A stretch of 64,000 bases of DNA from Scyliorhinus canicula (lineage: Eukaryota), in NCBI RefSeq assembly GCF_902713615.1, contig NC_052163.1:100184622-100248621 (forward strand), in the 5' to 3' direction. Under the pieces are notes generated by a model. It was not told the DNA's origin. It did not search any database and saw only the letters and a program-made list of their open reading frames with translations. Position 1 is the stretch's first letter. Each line of letters opens with the position of its first letter. Below, piece after piece: positions 13,157 through 24,945 of this stretch. Position numbers and translations under genes: made by a program.

Positions 13157-14317
13157 GTAAACTAATCCTGTGAGTTTGGGACAGGCCGTTTTCTGTCTGA
13201 TAGCATACAGTTTCGGCATTTAAAAAAATGATATTGTAACCCATTTAATTCAATTCTAAAATTTCTATATTGTCACCAATTTAATTCCATTCTAAAACTA
13301 TTCCTGCACCAAACTGCTGGACACTATTGAGCATCTTTACCGATACCATAGCAAATCTGAAGGTCTGTGCTTGTCTCACCTCAAAATTACTTGCGATTAT
13401 GTTGTACTATTTGGTAATACATTGCTCGCTCCAAGTGGAGCCACAATCCAGTTATGGTGATGTGGGGCAGAGCAGCAATCTTGCAGCTCCTCTTGAGCAC
13501 TGAGCTCATAGAGAGAGTCATAGAGTTTTTACAGCATGGATTGTGTGTACGCCAGCCATCGAGCACCTACCTATTCTAATCCCATTTTCTCAGCACTTGG
13601 TCCATAGCCGTGTATCCCACAGCATTTCAAGTGCTCATCTGAATACTTCTTAAATGTTGCGAGGGTTTCAGCCTCTATGTTTCACGGCCTGAAAGCATGA
13701 TAAGCAGCAGGGGAGTAAGAGAATTAAGAAGAGACTTCTTTCATGGTCGGTCACCAGTAGGCACTCCAATCTATTGAACCGGACTATTAGCTCTAATACG
13801 CTCAGCCTGAAGCATTGCGGGCTGGCGGGGTGATATTTCGCATTACACTTCATGCACTCTTTGTACACATTGTGATTGAAGTTGTTAGGTAGGTATTTTT
13901 TTCGAACATAATTTGCTATCCTGAAGGCACTGACTGTTGATTGGATAAAGTTCAACAACCAGAGACAGTTCCCTGGTGCTCTGCCCGAGTAGACACTCTT
14001 CACAACTCCATTTAGACACTCAAGCCCTGATTTGACTGATCCCACTCCACTACCACTATCACCGGCAGTACGTCTCGCACTCAGTCAGCAAGGTTACACA
14101 GTCAAGTCAAGTGCACCAAATCCAGGGGTTGGGTCTTTTTTTTTGAGACCAGAGACATGTACAGGGCTTGCAAACTTATGCAAATTCCCTCAGGGTTTTG
14201 AACAGATTTGAGGACATCAGGCTCTCTCTATGCAGGAGGCGTCACCATGATAAACCACGCTGTTATCAATAGCGGCTTAGAAAGCCCCCCCGCCGCACCA
14301 CCACCACCACATAACCA

Positions 14318-14460
14318 CACCTAACCCACATCCTTGGACTGTGGGAGGAAACCCACGCAGACACGAGGAGAAAGAGCAAACTCCACACAGGCAGTCACCC
14401 AGGCTGGAATTGAACACAGGTGTCTGGCACTATGAGGCAGCAGTGCTAACCACTGTGCCG
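14318..14460 (-). mobile_element. HE1/V-SINE fragment
   Basis: Reverse-complement SINE head and V-domain. Confidence 0.75.
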
Positions 14461-15419
14461 TCATTGTGCCATGTGAAAAGTAACACTTTGGGTCGGGCTT
14501 TTCATCCCCCCCCCCCCCTCCCTCCCTCCCCCCCTCCCCGATGCACGCTACAGGTAGGATTGGAAATTCCAATCCTTGCCTGGAACTTGCTGTCTTCAAG
14601 GGTGGTGGAAGTGGAAAGAATCAATCAGTTCGAAAGGAAACTTGATGTGAATGAGTGAGATAAACTGGCAGGGCCTCAGGGATAGAATGGGACTAACTGG
14701 ATTGCTGTATAGAGAGAACCAGTATAGACTCAGTGGGCCGAATGGCCATAATCAGTAATGCATTGATTCTATGACATGCGTCCACTTTCACAAGTATGCT
14801 GATAACATCCAGCTCTATCTCTTCATTCATTTGATTCCTCCACTGTCTCGGTATTGTCTGGTCTTGCATCACTCATCAAATCAGCACATTTGTTCCACTT
14901 TTTTCCCCCCTGCACTCTTTAAGCTGGTTTCCTGTATGAGATATGTTTGTGCATTCAACTATCTCTAAACCTAACCCCAGGCTACACAACTAACTGCTCA
15001 TCGCCCAGTTTTCACTGATTGCCCTTCCACAGGCTCTTCCCCTGAAATCTGACAATTCACCCGCATCCCCTCAGAATGATCACTCTCAGCCACTTCATCT
15101 TCACTTCCACTGCCCTACCCACCTTTCTACTTCGAGAGGGTCAATTACTTTCCTGGACTGTTCCTACCAATTGGTTTCAGGCATGCAGGAAAGTGACATG
15201 GGGAGCCATTCTGCCAGCTTTCCATTCTGCACATCCATTGGCTAATTTCCTAAGGGGCCTTTTATGCAAGCATAGAGTGCCCTTGCAAATAAAAAAACAC
15301 ACGGGAAGTTAATTTACACATGTCATTATGTGCAAATCATGGTGTGAACAAGTAATTTGCACAAAGCTCTCATTTCTCCAAAACTAGTCAAATACTGATC
15401 ATTCAGGAATTACATTCTT

Positions 15420-16330
15420 GAAGGGAACGCATAGCTACCAATGACAGGACAAAGGTAATACAGAGTTCTTGGAGAGTTGTTGGGCTTGATGAAGTAAGGA
15501 GAGAGGGAGGAGCAAAGCTTTTGAGGAATTGGACCACAAGAACATGTAATTTAAATTTTAGGCATTGCAGGACCCGGTGTTAATGCAGGTCAGAGGTGAT
15601 GTGAGAATGGGACCTGATGTGAGTTAGGATAGCCGAGTTTTGGACAAACCCAATGTTTCAGAGGGCAGCCCATAGGAAAGTATTGGAATCGTCAAGTGTA
15701 ATGTTAAAAAACGGTGAGGATGAGGGTTTTAGCAGCTGATGGGCTGTGGTAGGGGCATAGATGGGAATTATTATGGAGGTAGGTGTTTTTGTTGATGGAG
15801 GGGAGATGGGGCAGCAAGGTGGCAAATGGTCTGGTTTTGCTTCAGACAGTGGCTATGGAATGAAGTTTGTGGTGAGAGCTGAAGAAAATGGCTTCTGTAT
15901 TTTTAATGATTAATTGGGAGAAATTTCAGATTCACTTCTGGATGATGGTCAAGTAGCGTGACAAAAGGGAAAAGGGTCGAGAGAGGTGTCGGTAAGGTGG
16001 AGCTGGGTCTCAACAGTTTACATGTGGATTGGGATGATGTCCTCGCGGGGCAGCATATTAATGAGAAATAGGAGGGAGCCAAGGATAAGTACTTGCCCTC
16101 CAGAGGTAATGGTGCAAGACTGGGAAGAGAAGCCATTGCAGGGAATTGTCTGGTTATGATTTGATGCATGGAATCAGGCAAGGCTAGTCCTATCCAGCTG
16201 GTCAATGGCGGTGAGTGGTAGCAGAACATGTTGTGATCAATCATGTCAAAGGCCCCAAGATGGCTCCAAAAGGGTAAGGAGGGATAGTGCCCACCACACA
16301 GGATGTTATATTTGACTGTGAACCTGCTTT
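15420..16330 (-). mobile_element. Old L2/CR1-group LINE fragment
   Basis: Degenerate RT remnants (LGAFDMIDHNM) on the minus strand; purine-rich plus strand typical of antisense L2. Confidence 0.5.
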
Positions 16331-16612
16331 TCATGCCACTGCTCAGTGTTGGTTTTCTCCTTTGTGAAGAGAGCTTTAGGATGTTGAACAAGGGCACTCC
16401 AACCGAGCCTGTCAGTAGCTCTCTGGGCTGATCTCTTCCTAATTTATAAGCTGTCAATTGGAGTTTTGTGGCTCTGTACAAATTAAGACTCCCTGCGTAA
16501 CTCTACTTACTGCCCATTATTGAAATTAAATGTATTTTTCCTTCACTATCTTCTCAGAGAATCTTAGGGATTTGTCTAGAAGCTGAAGAAGATGCTCCCA
16601 CCGATCAGAATC

Positions 16613-16848
16613 TATTTTTAAAGTTAAATTCAGAGTACCCATTTATTTATTTATTTATTTTCAGTTAAGTGGCAATTTTAGCATAGCCAATCCACCTAAC
16701 CTGCACATCTTCGGGTCGTGGGGGTGAAGCCCACGCAGACACCGGGAGAATGTGCAAACTCCACACAGACAGTGACCCGGGCCGGGATTCGAACCCGGGT
16801 CCTCAGCGCCATAGTCCCAGTGCTAACCACTGCGCCACGGTGCTGCCC
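16613..16848 (-). mobile_element. HE1/V-SINE, A-tailed form
   Basis: Reverse-complement SINE consensus with intact B-box (gggttcgaatccc). Confidence 0.88.
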
Positions 16849-17220
16849 TGATCCGTATCTATTTAGTCTTTGAGTAGAATATAAAGTGAATGCTATTCAA
16901 CATTGAACTGATAATAAAGATCAAGTAACAATATTCCAGTCTCCTAGAACAGCAACCATTTTCTGTGGCAAAATCATTTAGATCTGGGTTCTCTGAACTC
17001 GAGGCTAACAAACATAACTCGTATCAAAGTCTGGGAAGAGTCTTCTGAGGAAGGAGACGATTAGGCACAGAGATTCCATAGAGATGAGATTCCATGAGAC
17101 CAATGAGAGGATGCGTCTTTGAGTGGGGAACTTTTCCTTGTTGACATTGACTGAATTTTTTTTTTTAAAGCGATGGTGATGGAGTTCCACTTTCTCAGAT
17201 GCAAACTGTGAACCTTAACA

Positions 17221-17506
17221 ATGGCGGTAGAAAAGCTTTCTGTTCACACTGAAGATTTGACGGATTACCTCAGCCCGACACAAGGTGTTAAGCAGTTGCT
17301 GCAGTGCAAGATGGACGATGAGGAGGGAGAGGGGCCAAATGTATTACTCACACCCTTTGAAAAGGTTATTCATGACATGAGGAACAACAAGAAAGTGAAA
17401 AATGAACTGATACTTGGACAAAGGATTGGATTTTACCAACTTCGTGGAGAAATTGGCATTGGGAACTTCTCCAAGGTGAAGCTTGGAATACACTGCTTGA
17501 CGAAAG
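17221..17506 (+). CDS. NIM1K-like Ser/Thr kinase, coding exon 1
   Basis: ATG in strong context (acaATGG); LTPFEK...LGQRIGFYQLRGEIGIGNFSKVKLGIHCLTK matches NIM1K; donor AAAG|gtgaat. Symbol withheld because this may be a paralog rather than the ortholog. Confidence 0.92.
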
Positions 17507-18289
17507 GTGAATAAATCTACCATACTCAATCGTACCCTGTATATTGAGAAGTCTGGCCGATTAATAGATAATGTAAACATATAGTTAAAAGATTATTTAA
17601 ACAGATTGTCGATATTTGCAAGAGAAGAGGACATACACAAAGTTACAGAGCTTGCACTGAAAACAAGATTAGAAACACCTGCATTATAATATCCAAATTG
17701 GTGCCATACTGGGATTATGATATTATACAATGACGTAATGCTAAAACTGTTCTAAACTAAACATTATAAAACAGTACGGACCTTAGTGCATAAAGTAATC
17801 GACCTATAAACAGTGAATTTAGGAATTAGTTCAAAATTCCAGCAACAATTATCAACAATCTTTGACGTTGTTAAACTGACATTTTGAAAACATGGACCAA
17901 TGGAGGCACGAGTAATGAGCACAGAATATCATGGACAGTCTTATAGTTCCAATCCTTTCCTCATACAGTCTGCCTAGTCTTTGAACTTAGGAACAGGAGT
18001 AGGCTGTTCATCCCCTTGAGCCTGTTATTCAATGAGATCACAGCCCCTCATTGCTTCATCGCTTAAGCAGCCTTCAGTTTTGTTCAACCACACCCCACCT
18101 CTGATGTCCTTGTCTCTAAAAGTCTTTGCTCTCCCCATGCCCCTGCCCCGCCCCCCCACCCCCTTGCCCCCGCCCCCATCCCCCACCCCTCATGGCCATT
18201 CCCTCAATTTGTTGCAGACTTATCTTGGTTTTCTTTTTCCAAGAGCAACTATCTCCTTCAATCCACTTCCATTGTGCCCCACCATGCCC

Positions 18290-19640
18290 ATCTCCAATAA
18301 GAAGTTCTAGGAGCTCATAGATTTTGTAACTAAGATTGTGACCATCCGTTTAACTTCTGCTGTGGCATTGCTTCTCTTCTTAACCAAGTCAAACTCTCTC
18401 TCCACCATGTCTCCCCAAATTCTCCTCTGCCAAAACCCTGTATTTCATTGTATTTCATTAGTTTCTGGCGTATCTCCTCCCTTACTGATGAGTCCAAGTG
18501 TCTGCTCCCTTGACTCCACATCTATGAAATCCAACTTCCTTCCTTGGCCCCCACGCCACTTGGCATTGTAAAGGTTCCCAGGATACTCTCTCCTTTTCAA
18601 CACCACAATTTTGGAGTACTCTTGCAAAGAAATCATAGCCTCTCCATTCTCGCACTGGTTGCCTCATCTCTCTTAATCTTCCAGGTCTACGTTCAAATTT
18701 ATGTAATTCCATGGTTGAATCTCTCCAATTAGGTTTCTCTTGTAGCAAAGCACTGAAATGTTCCTGACCAAAGTCACTAATGACAAACTTTCCGAATGTG
18801 GTCATGGCGCAATTATCTCATTTTTCTCAATCTTTTGACTGCCTTTGACATGGTCAGCCACTGTAAGATCCTCCAATGTTACTCTTCATTGTTCAGCTCA
18901 GTGAAATTGAGCTCATCTGACTCCACACTCACTAAGATGCAATTTACTCCAGTTAAATAGTTTGAAGACCAAAATCGTCCCCTGTCAAAGACTCTGTAGC
19001 CTACCCATTGATTGACCAGACAGGGGAATGCAATTCTGTGAGTAAATCAGGCTGTTTGCCAACTCAGTACCCTATTCTCCCAAGTTGAACATTCAAGCCA
19101 TTTAACTTCTGCTGCAGCATCGCTTCTCTTCTTAGTCAAACTCTCTCTTCACCACGTCTCCCCAAGTTTTCCACTGCCTAAGCCCTGAATGCATGCATTT
19201 CTCTGAAGACAGCATCTGAAGAATGCATCATCACTGTAACAAAGACCATCCGCTTACACCTCCTCAAAATGCCTCACCCCATTCTGCAGCTGAAAACTCA
19301 TTCATGTTTTTTTGCCTTCAGACTCAATTACATCAATGCTTCAGGCTGGAATCCCATCGTTCACCCTCTGATATCCCTTAACTTCAGCTCAGGGACCTGA
19401 TGGGTCAAATGGTCTCCTATTGTGCCATTATGACTCATCAAAATTCTGCTGTTTGTATCTTATCCCACACCATGCCTCGCTGATCTTTCATCCCTTCCCT
19501 GAATGACTGACATTGGCTTTCTTCCCACAATGCTTCAAATTTAAAACACTCATTCTGTTTCTGATCCTCTCTCTGTGCCCTTCTACATACCTAAAGTCCC
19601 CACCTAAACTCTCAGTTCCTCAGGCTCTGGCCTCTTGTGC
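18290..19640 (+). mobile_element. Old L2-like LINE fragments
   Basis: Pyrimidine-rich degenerate RT (gcctttgacatggtcagccac) and L2-type 3' region; a segment at about 18340-18440 recurs at about 19098-19190. Confidence 0.45.
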
Positions 19641-20409
19641 ACCACCTCTGCTCTTAGCCCAATCAATGAATCTGATAGCCACTTGCTGTGGCTGCTCCAA
19701 TTATTTGAAGCACAACCAAGTTATGAAATGCTTTGTGTCTCAGTTGCAAAACAGCGACTTGGTACATAATGCCCAGAAGAATTGTGCATTAACAATCCTT
19801 CAAGGTGGTGACAGTGGCAATTACAAAATACCCATTGCAATGACGTCTAGAAAAGACACAAAATCATTCAAACTGGTAAGATTCAAAATCCTAGCACACC
19901 CAAGAGATTTTGAAGAAAGGAATATTAAATAATGATGTGCTGGTAAAGATGTAGCTGTCTGTTCTTGGGACAATAATCTTAAGGGGTTTTATTCAGCAAG
20001 TCACCAAATCATCCCACCCCCGCCCCCCTCAATCCCCATCCCAATCCCACTGGTCCATCCCCGTTGCTCAGGTTGCCAAGGCAAAGGTATTGCTGTTCGT
20101 ACTAGAACACTGGACTGGGGGTAAACACTATCTTAACTAGATGAGGCTGAATGTTATTATAAAATGTTGCACGGTCACTTGCTCAGTTGGTGAAAATAAA
20201 TGATTCATGGGAGGTGCAGTAAAGGAATATCCTTCGTACTAAGTGTAAAAGATATGGAAGAGGAAGGGCCACTCTTTCCAATGGACCCTGGTGAACAGCT
20301 TCTAAAATGGTTTTTGCACCTTCCTATTTTGCTAATTTTATTCATGAGGTGCATTGCAAAAAGAACACAGTCATGACGCACTGCTGTCCCCAACATTCCT
20401 GTCTCATCC

Positions 20410-20725
20410 ATAGAATCCCTACAGTGCAGAAGGAGACCATTCGGCCCATTGAGTCTACACCAACCCTCTGAAAGAGCACCCTATCTCGACCCACTCCCCC
20501 ACCCTATCCCCATAGCCCAACGTTGTTTAACACTAATGGGCAATTTTAGCGTGGCCAATCCACCTAACCTGTTCATCTTTGGACTGTGGGAGGAAACTGG
20601 AGCACCCACCCAGAAAAAACCCATGCCAACATGGAGAGAATATGCAAACTCCACACAGACAGGCACCCAACGCAGGAATCAAACCCAGGTATCTGGTGCT
20701 GTGAGGCAGCAGTGCTCACCACAGT
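20410..20725 (-). mobile_element. HE1/V-SINE, CR1-tailed form
   Basis: Starts with the reverse-complement tail (catagaatccctacagtgcagaagg) followed by the V-domain and head. Confidence 0.82.
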
Positions 20726-20918
20726 ACCTCCCCCAATCTAAGATTTTCTCATCCATGATGGATGTAACTGCCTAGATCAGATACACTCAGCAAATGGTGG
20801 GACATGCAACTGATAGAGTACTATGCTCTTATCTGGATGGTTGTAAGATCACATGAGTAATATCAATATGATGAAAAGTATCAGATTCATGGGTAACTAT
20901 TTAACCACTGAAATTGAT

Positions 20919-21083
20919 TTTTTTTCAAATTTAGAGTACCCAATTCTTTTTTTCCACTTAAGGGGCAATTTAGCGTGGTCTATTTACTTACTCTGTACAT
21001 CTTCGGGTTGTGAGGGTGAGACCCATGCAGATACAGGGAGAATGTGCAAACATCCCATGGACAGTGACCCGGAGCCAAGATAT
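20919..21083 (-). mobile_element. 5'-truncated HE1/V-SINE, A-tailed form
   Basis: 15-bp TSD accactgaaattgat at 20904-20918 and 21084-21098. Confidence 0.85.
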
Positions 21084-21558
21084 ACCACTGAAATTGATAA
21101 TAAGCATTCTGTGTTAACCATATTCTCTGGATTGTCCCCTCGGGGTCTATGACAACATAACAATATCATCATAAAGAAACATTGGTCTGTCAATGCACAT
21201 TTCCTCAAGATTATATTAGATCCATCAAAGTAAGATTACCAATCATGATTAACTTGGGAGGGACAATATTAAAGCAGCTTAAAAACATGCAAAGGCTATA
21301 AACTACTTGGATTACTTTAGTGCCAGTCAGCACACAGTCTCTCAGTAAATTAAGCATTTTGTTTGTATCCCAGTACCTGCTATCCTAATATATAATGTAG
21401 TGCTCTGAACACACTACACGTCCAGAAACCTGAATGATGAATCAGATAAACTTATCTACTCCTTCCGTTGACTTCAATATGGAAGCGCGGAGACTACACT
21501 CAGTATATTAATCACTCTCTTATTTTAATGACAATGTCTTCCTCTTTGTAATTTGCAG

Positions 21559-21827
21559 AGAAGGTAGCGATTAAGATCATGGACAAGAAGCAACTGAGCC
21601 AGAATTCACAGCAACCATTCATAAATGAAGTCCTGAATATGGAGCAACTTCATCACCCGAATATCATCCGATTGTACGAGATGTTGGAGACACAATCTCG
21701 ACTCTACCTGGTGTTGGAGTATGCGGACAGAGGGGATCTGTTCACCAGGATCTCCACGCAGGGACGACTCATGGAATACGAGAGTAAATTTATATTTGTT
21801 CAGATTATATCGGCTGTCAAACATATG
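21559..21827 (+). CDS. NIM1K-like kinase, coding exon 2
   Basis: tttgcag|AG AAG GTA GCG ATT AAG (EKVAIK) ... HHPNIIRLYE ... SAVKHM|gtaagt; 269 nt, phases 1/0 are consistent. Confidence 0.95.
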
Positions 21828-22429
21828 GTAAGTGGGAGATGTAGTCTTGGCTTAAAAATAAAACTCTGTCATATATTGTCATCTTTAAATAGATGTCACC
21901 TTCTTTACACACCACCGAATTGGACTGATTCCAAATATTCACTGAATCTACATCTCATTTTTAAGGTCAGATGGTTTAAAGTAAATTGTCTATATAATCT
22001 TTCCATTCCTGCGTCATTTATAAATTCTGACATATACACAAGATTGCATTTAGTTTTCAGACTGCCAGAGGACATTGTGAGAGGAAGAAAGCAGTATCAA
22101 TTTTATATCCTTCAAAGTCCTTCTGGAATGACCAGGTAGCAGCATAGTGTAGAGGTTGCCACAGCATTCAGAGAATGAAGAAAACCCTACAAGGTAGGTC
22201 ATTCTTTTCTTCTTCTGCCCTCCTCCATACATCACTTATGTCTTAAAGGACTAATCCTTCGCTAAAGTGAATTGGAGTTAAAGGTGGTGCTTGATTGTTT
22301 ATGTGGCAGGCAGACACTGCATAACACGTGATCATCATCCTGACCTTGGCTTCCCCATCTCGGTAGGGAATCAGTTATGACTAAGGTCAGTGATCAAGAT
22401 TTGTTTGCTAGAAAATTCCGTGAGAAACA

Positions 22430-23010
22430 TGAATATAAGACCAGGGAGGTACTTCTGAGGCGATACAAGGCTCTGGTCAGACCCTATTTGGAGTATTGTG
22501 AGCAGTTTTGGGCCCCGCATCTAAGGAAGGATGTGCTGGCCTTGGAAAGGGTCCAGAGGAGGTTCACAAGAATGATGCGTGGAATGAAGAACTTGTCATA
22601 TGAGGAACGGTTGAGGACTCTGGGTCTGTACTCGTTGGAGTTTAGAAGGGGGGATCTTATTGAAAGATACTGGATAGAGTGGATGCGGAGAGGATGCTTC
22701 CACTTGTAGGAAAAACTAGAACCAGAGGACACCATCTCAGACTAAAGCAATGATCCTTTAAAACAGAGATGAGGAGGAATTTCTTCAGCCAGAGGGTGGT
22801 GAATCTGTGGAACTCTTTGCCACAGAAGGCAGTGAAGGCCAAATCACTGAGTGTCTTTAAGACAGAGATAGATAGGTTTTTGATCAATAAGGGGATCAGG
22901 GGTTATGGGGAGAAGGCAGAAGAATGGGGATGAGAAAAATATCAGCCATGTTTGAATGACGGAGCAGACTCGATGGGCCGAGTGGCCTATTTCTGCTCCT
23001 ATGTCTTATG
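22430..23010 (+). mobile_element. CR1 LINE 3' end
   Basis: [37 protein letters not shown] plus the CR1 tail (gggccgagtggcctatttctgctcctatgtcttatgg). Confidence 0.9.
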
Positions 23011-23679
23011 GTCTTCTTATTAAATCCCAAGATCATCATCCTCATCTGCTTCTTATTAACTGGGACATTTCCTGTGAGAATGCTGGTGAAGCAAGTTCAG
23101 GTCCAGCTAATACATAGCCTCCATCCTGGAGTCCAACTCAGTGACCAGAGCCTCCAGTGCAGCACTAGTAAAAAAGTGAGCCCTCAACCTTCCTTGCTCA
23201 GACATTCTCCCAATCTTTCAAACGGATTTTCCATTAGCCATGATCTCCGATATGCAGCCTCTCCTAATAGGAAGCTTGGTGGTACCTCCCTGATCAGCCA
23301 ATGGCATTGTTGGCCCCCCTGTTGTGCGCGGAGGCTGCAGGTAGCTTGGAGGACAGAGAAACATCACCGGAGCTGCTCAAACCAATGCTACAAACATACA
23401 GCTGAATTAGGTACATGACAATTGTGTGTGATTCCGACTACGTTGGCATCGTTCCCCTCGTGCTCAAAAACCAGGGCAACCCAATTTTCAGCATTCTATA
23501 TCTGTGTTTTCAGCCCTATGTATAGCTATTTGTGCTCTTAACCAGCCAGTGATCTTCCAGTGAATGTTGACTATCTGCAAAAGCAACAGTGGAGCAAAAC
23601 AGGTCTGTAATTACCTAAGTAGCCTCATAGCAATAGTCTCCTCTGGAAGTAAATCTAAATAGTCTCTAATCCACTCTAA

Positions 23680-24230
23680 ACCTCCTGCCCCTCTTTTAAA
23701 TTATGCCCCCTCGTTAATGACCGTTCAACTAAGGGATCACTTGCTTCCTTACCCCTCTGTCCATACCCCTTTCTACCTTATAAACCGTAATCAGGTCCCC
23801 CCTCAGCCTTCTTTGCTCTAATGAAAACAACCCGAGCCTATCCAGCCTCTCAACATAGCTCAAATGCTGCATCCCAGAGACCATTCTGGTGAATCTCCTC
23901 TGCACCCTCTCCAAAGCAAATCAGATCCTTCCTATAGTGAGGTGACCAGAACTGCACACACTACTCCAGCCCTGGAATAAAAAGGCAATTCTCCTGTGTG
24001 CCTTCTTAACTACCCTATTAACGTGTCCTGCTGCCTCCAGGGATCTGAGGACCAGCCCTCCACCCCCCAAGACAGATCCCTCTGTTCTTCTGACCTTCCA
24101 AGTGTCTTGCCATTCACAGCACTCCCTTGTCGTGTTACTCCTTCCAAAATGCATCACCTTGCACTTTTCAGGATCAAATTCCACCTGCCACTGATCTGCC
24201 CATCTGACCAACCGGTCTATATCTTCCTGC
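23680..24230 (-). mobile_element. CR1 LINE fragment
   Basis: LQEDIDRLVRWADQWQVEFDPEKCKVMHFG and [10 protein letters not shown]...RRLRGDLI. Confidence 0.88.
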
Positions 24231-24453
24231 AACTTCGGTGGGTCCTCCACCAAATTAGCTCAGCACTGACCCAAAGAAAGGAAGAAAGAAGAATTAATGA
24301 AGGCAGCCTTTGTGAAAGTCGAAACGGGTCCTCAATTAAACCACACCCATCCGAGACTTTAAAAACAGTAAAATGCCAGCTAAATGTGATTGTATCACTC
24401 TTGATTTTTATCCATCTCCTGTTCCTAATGGTATGCAACTGTCCTGCGAGAAA

Positions 24454-24652
24454 AGCACCCCCGCAGTGCAGGGAAAGGCACCCCCGCAGTGCAGGGAAAG
24501 GCACCCCCGCAGTGCAGGGAAAGGCACCCGCGCAGTGCAGGGAAAGGCACCCCCGCAGTGCAGGGAAAGGCACCCCCGCAGTGCAGGGAAAGGCACCCCC
24601 GCGGTGCAGGGAAAGGCACCCCCGCGGTGCAGGGAAAGGCACCCCTGCAGTG
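24454..24652. repeat. 23-bp GC-rich minisatellite, about 8.6 copies
   Basis: Head-to-tail unit ggcacccccgcagtgcagggaaa with no spacers. Confidence 0.95.
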
Positions 24653-24945
24653 ACTAAAGGACGGAGAGTTGAAACAGAAATTGGAACAAAAATGGCCAAC
24701 TTCCATTGTGCTGTTTAACTAAATTGATTTGTTTCTGGCATTCATGGGAGGTGTGCAAGAGTTACCTCTCCCTTACACAGATAAAGAAGCCCAATAAAAA
24801 GTAGTTGTAAGGCTGCCTCCCAGAGAAATGCTGAACCAGTTTTGCTGCTGGGAAGTACAAGCCCAGAACCTCCAACTGATCCCAACATCAGGCCCCCGAA
24901 TCTTGTGGGGGAAATTCCAGCCCTATTACAGTCAGCAAAGTAAAA

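Noticed and set aside
24454-24652. CRISPR-like regular repeats and the 240/160/94-aa ORFs over them
   Set aside because: Units are head-to-tail with no unique spacers and the genome is eukaryotic; the ORFs are by-products of a stop-free minisatellite.
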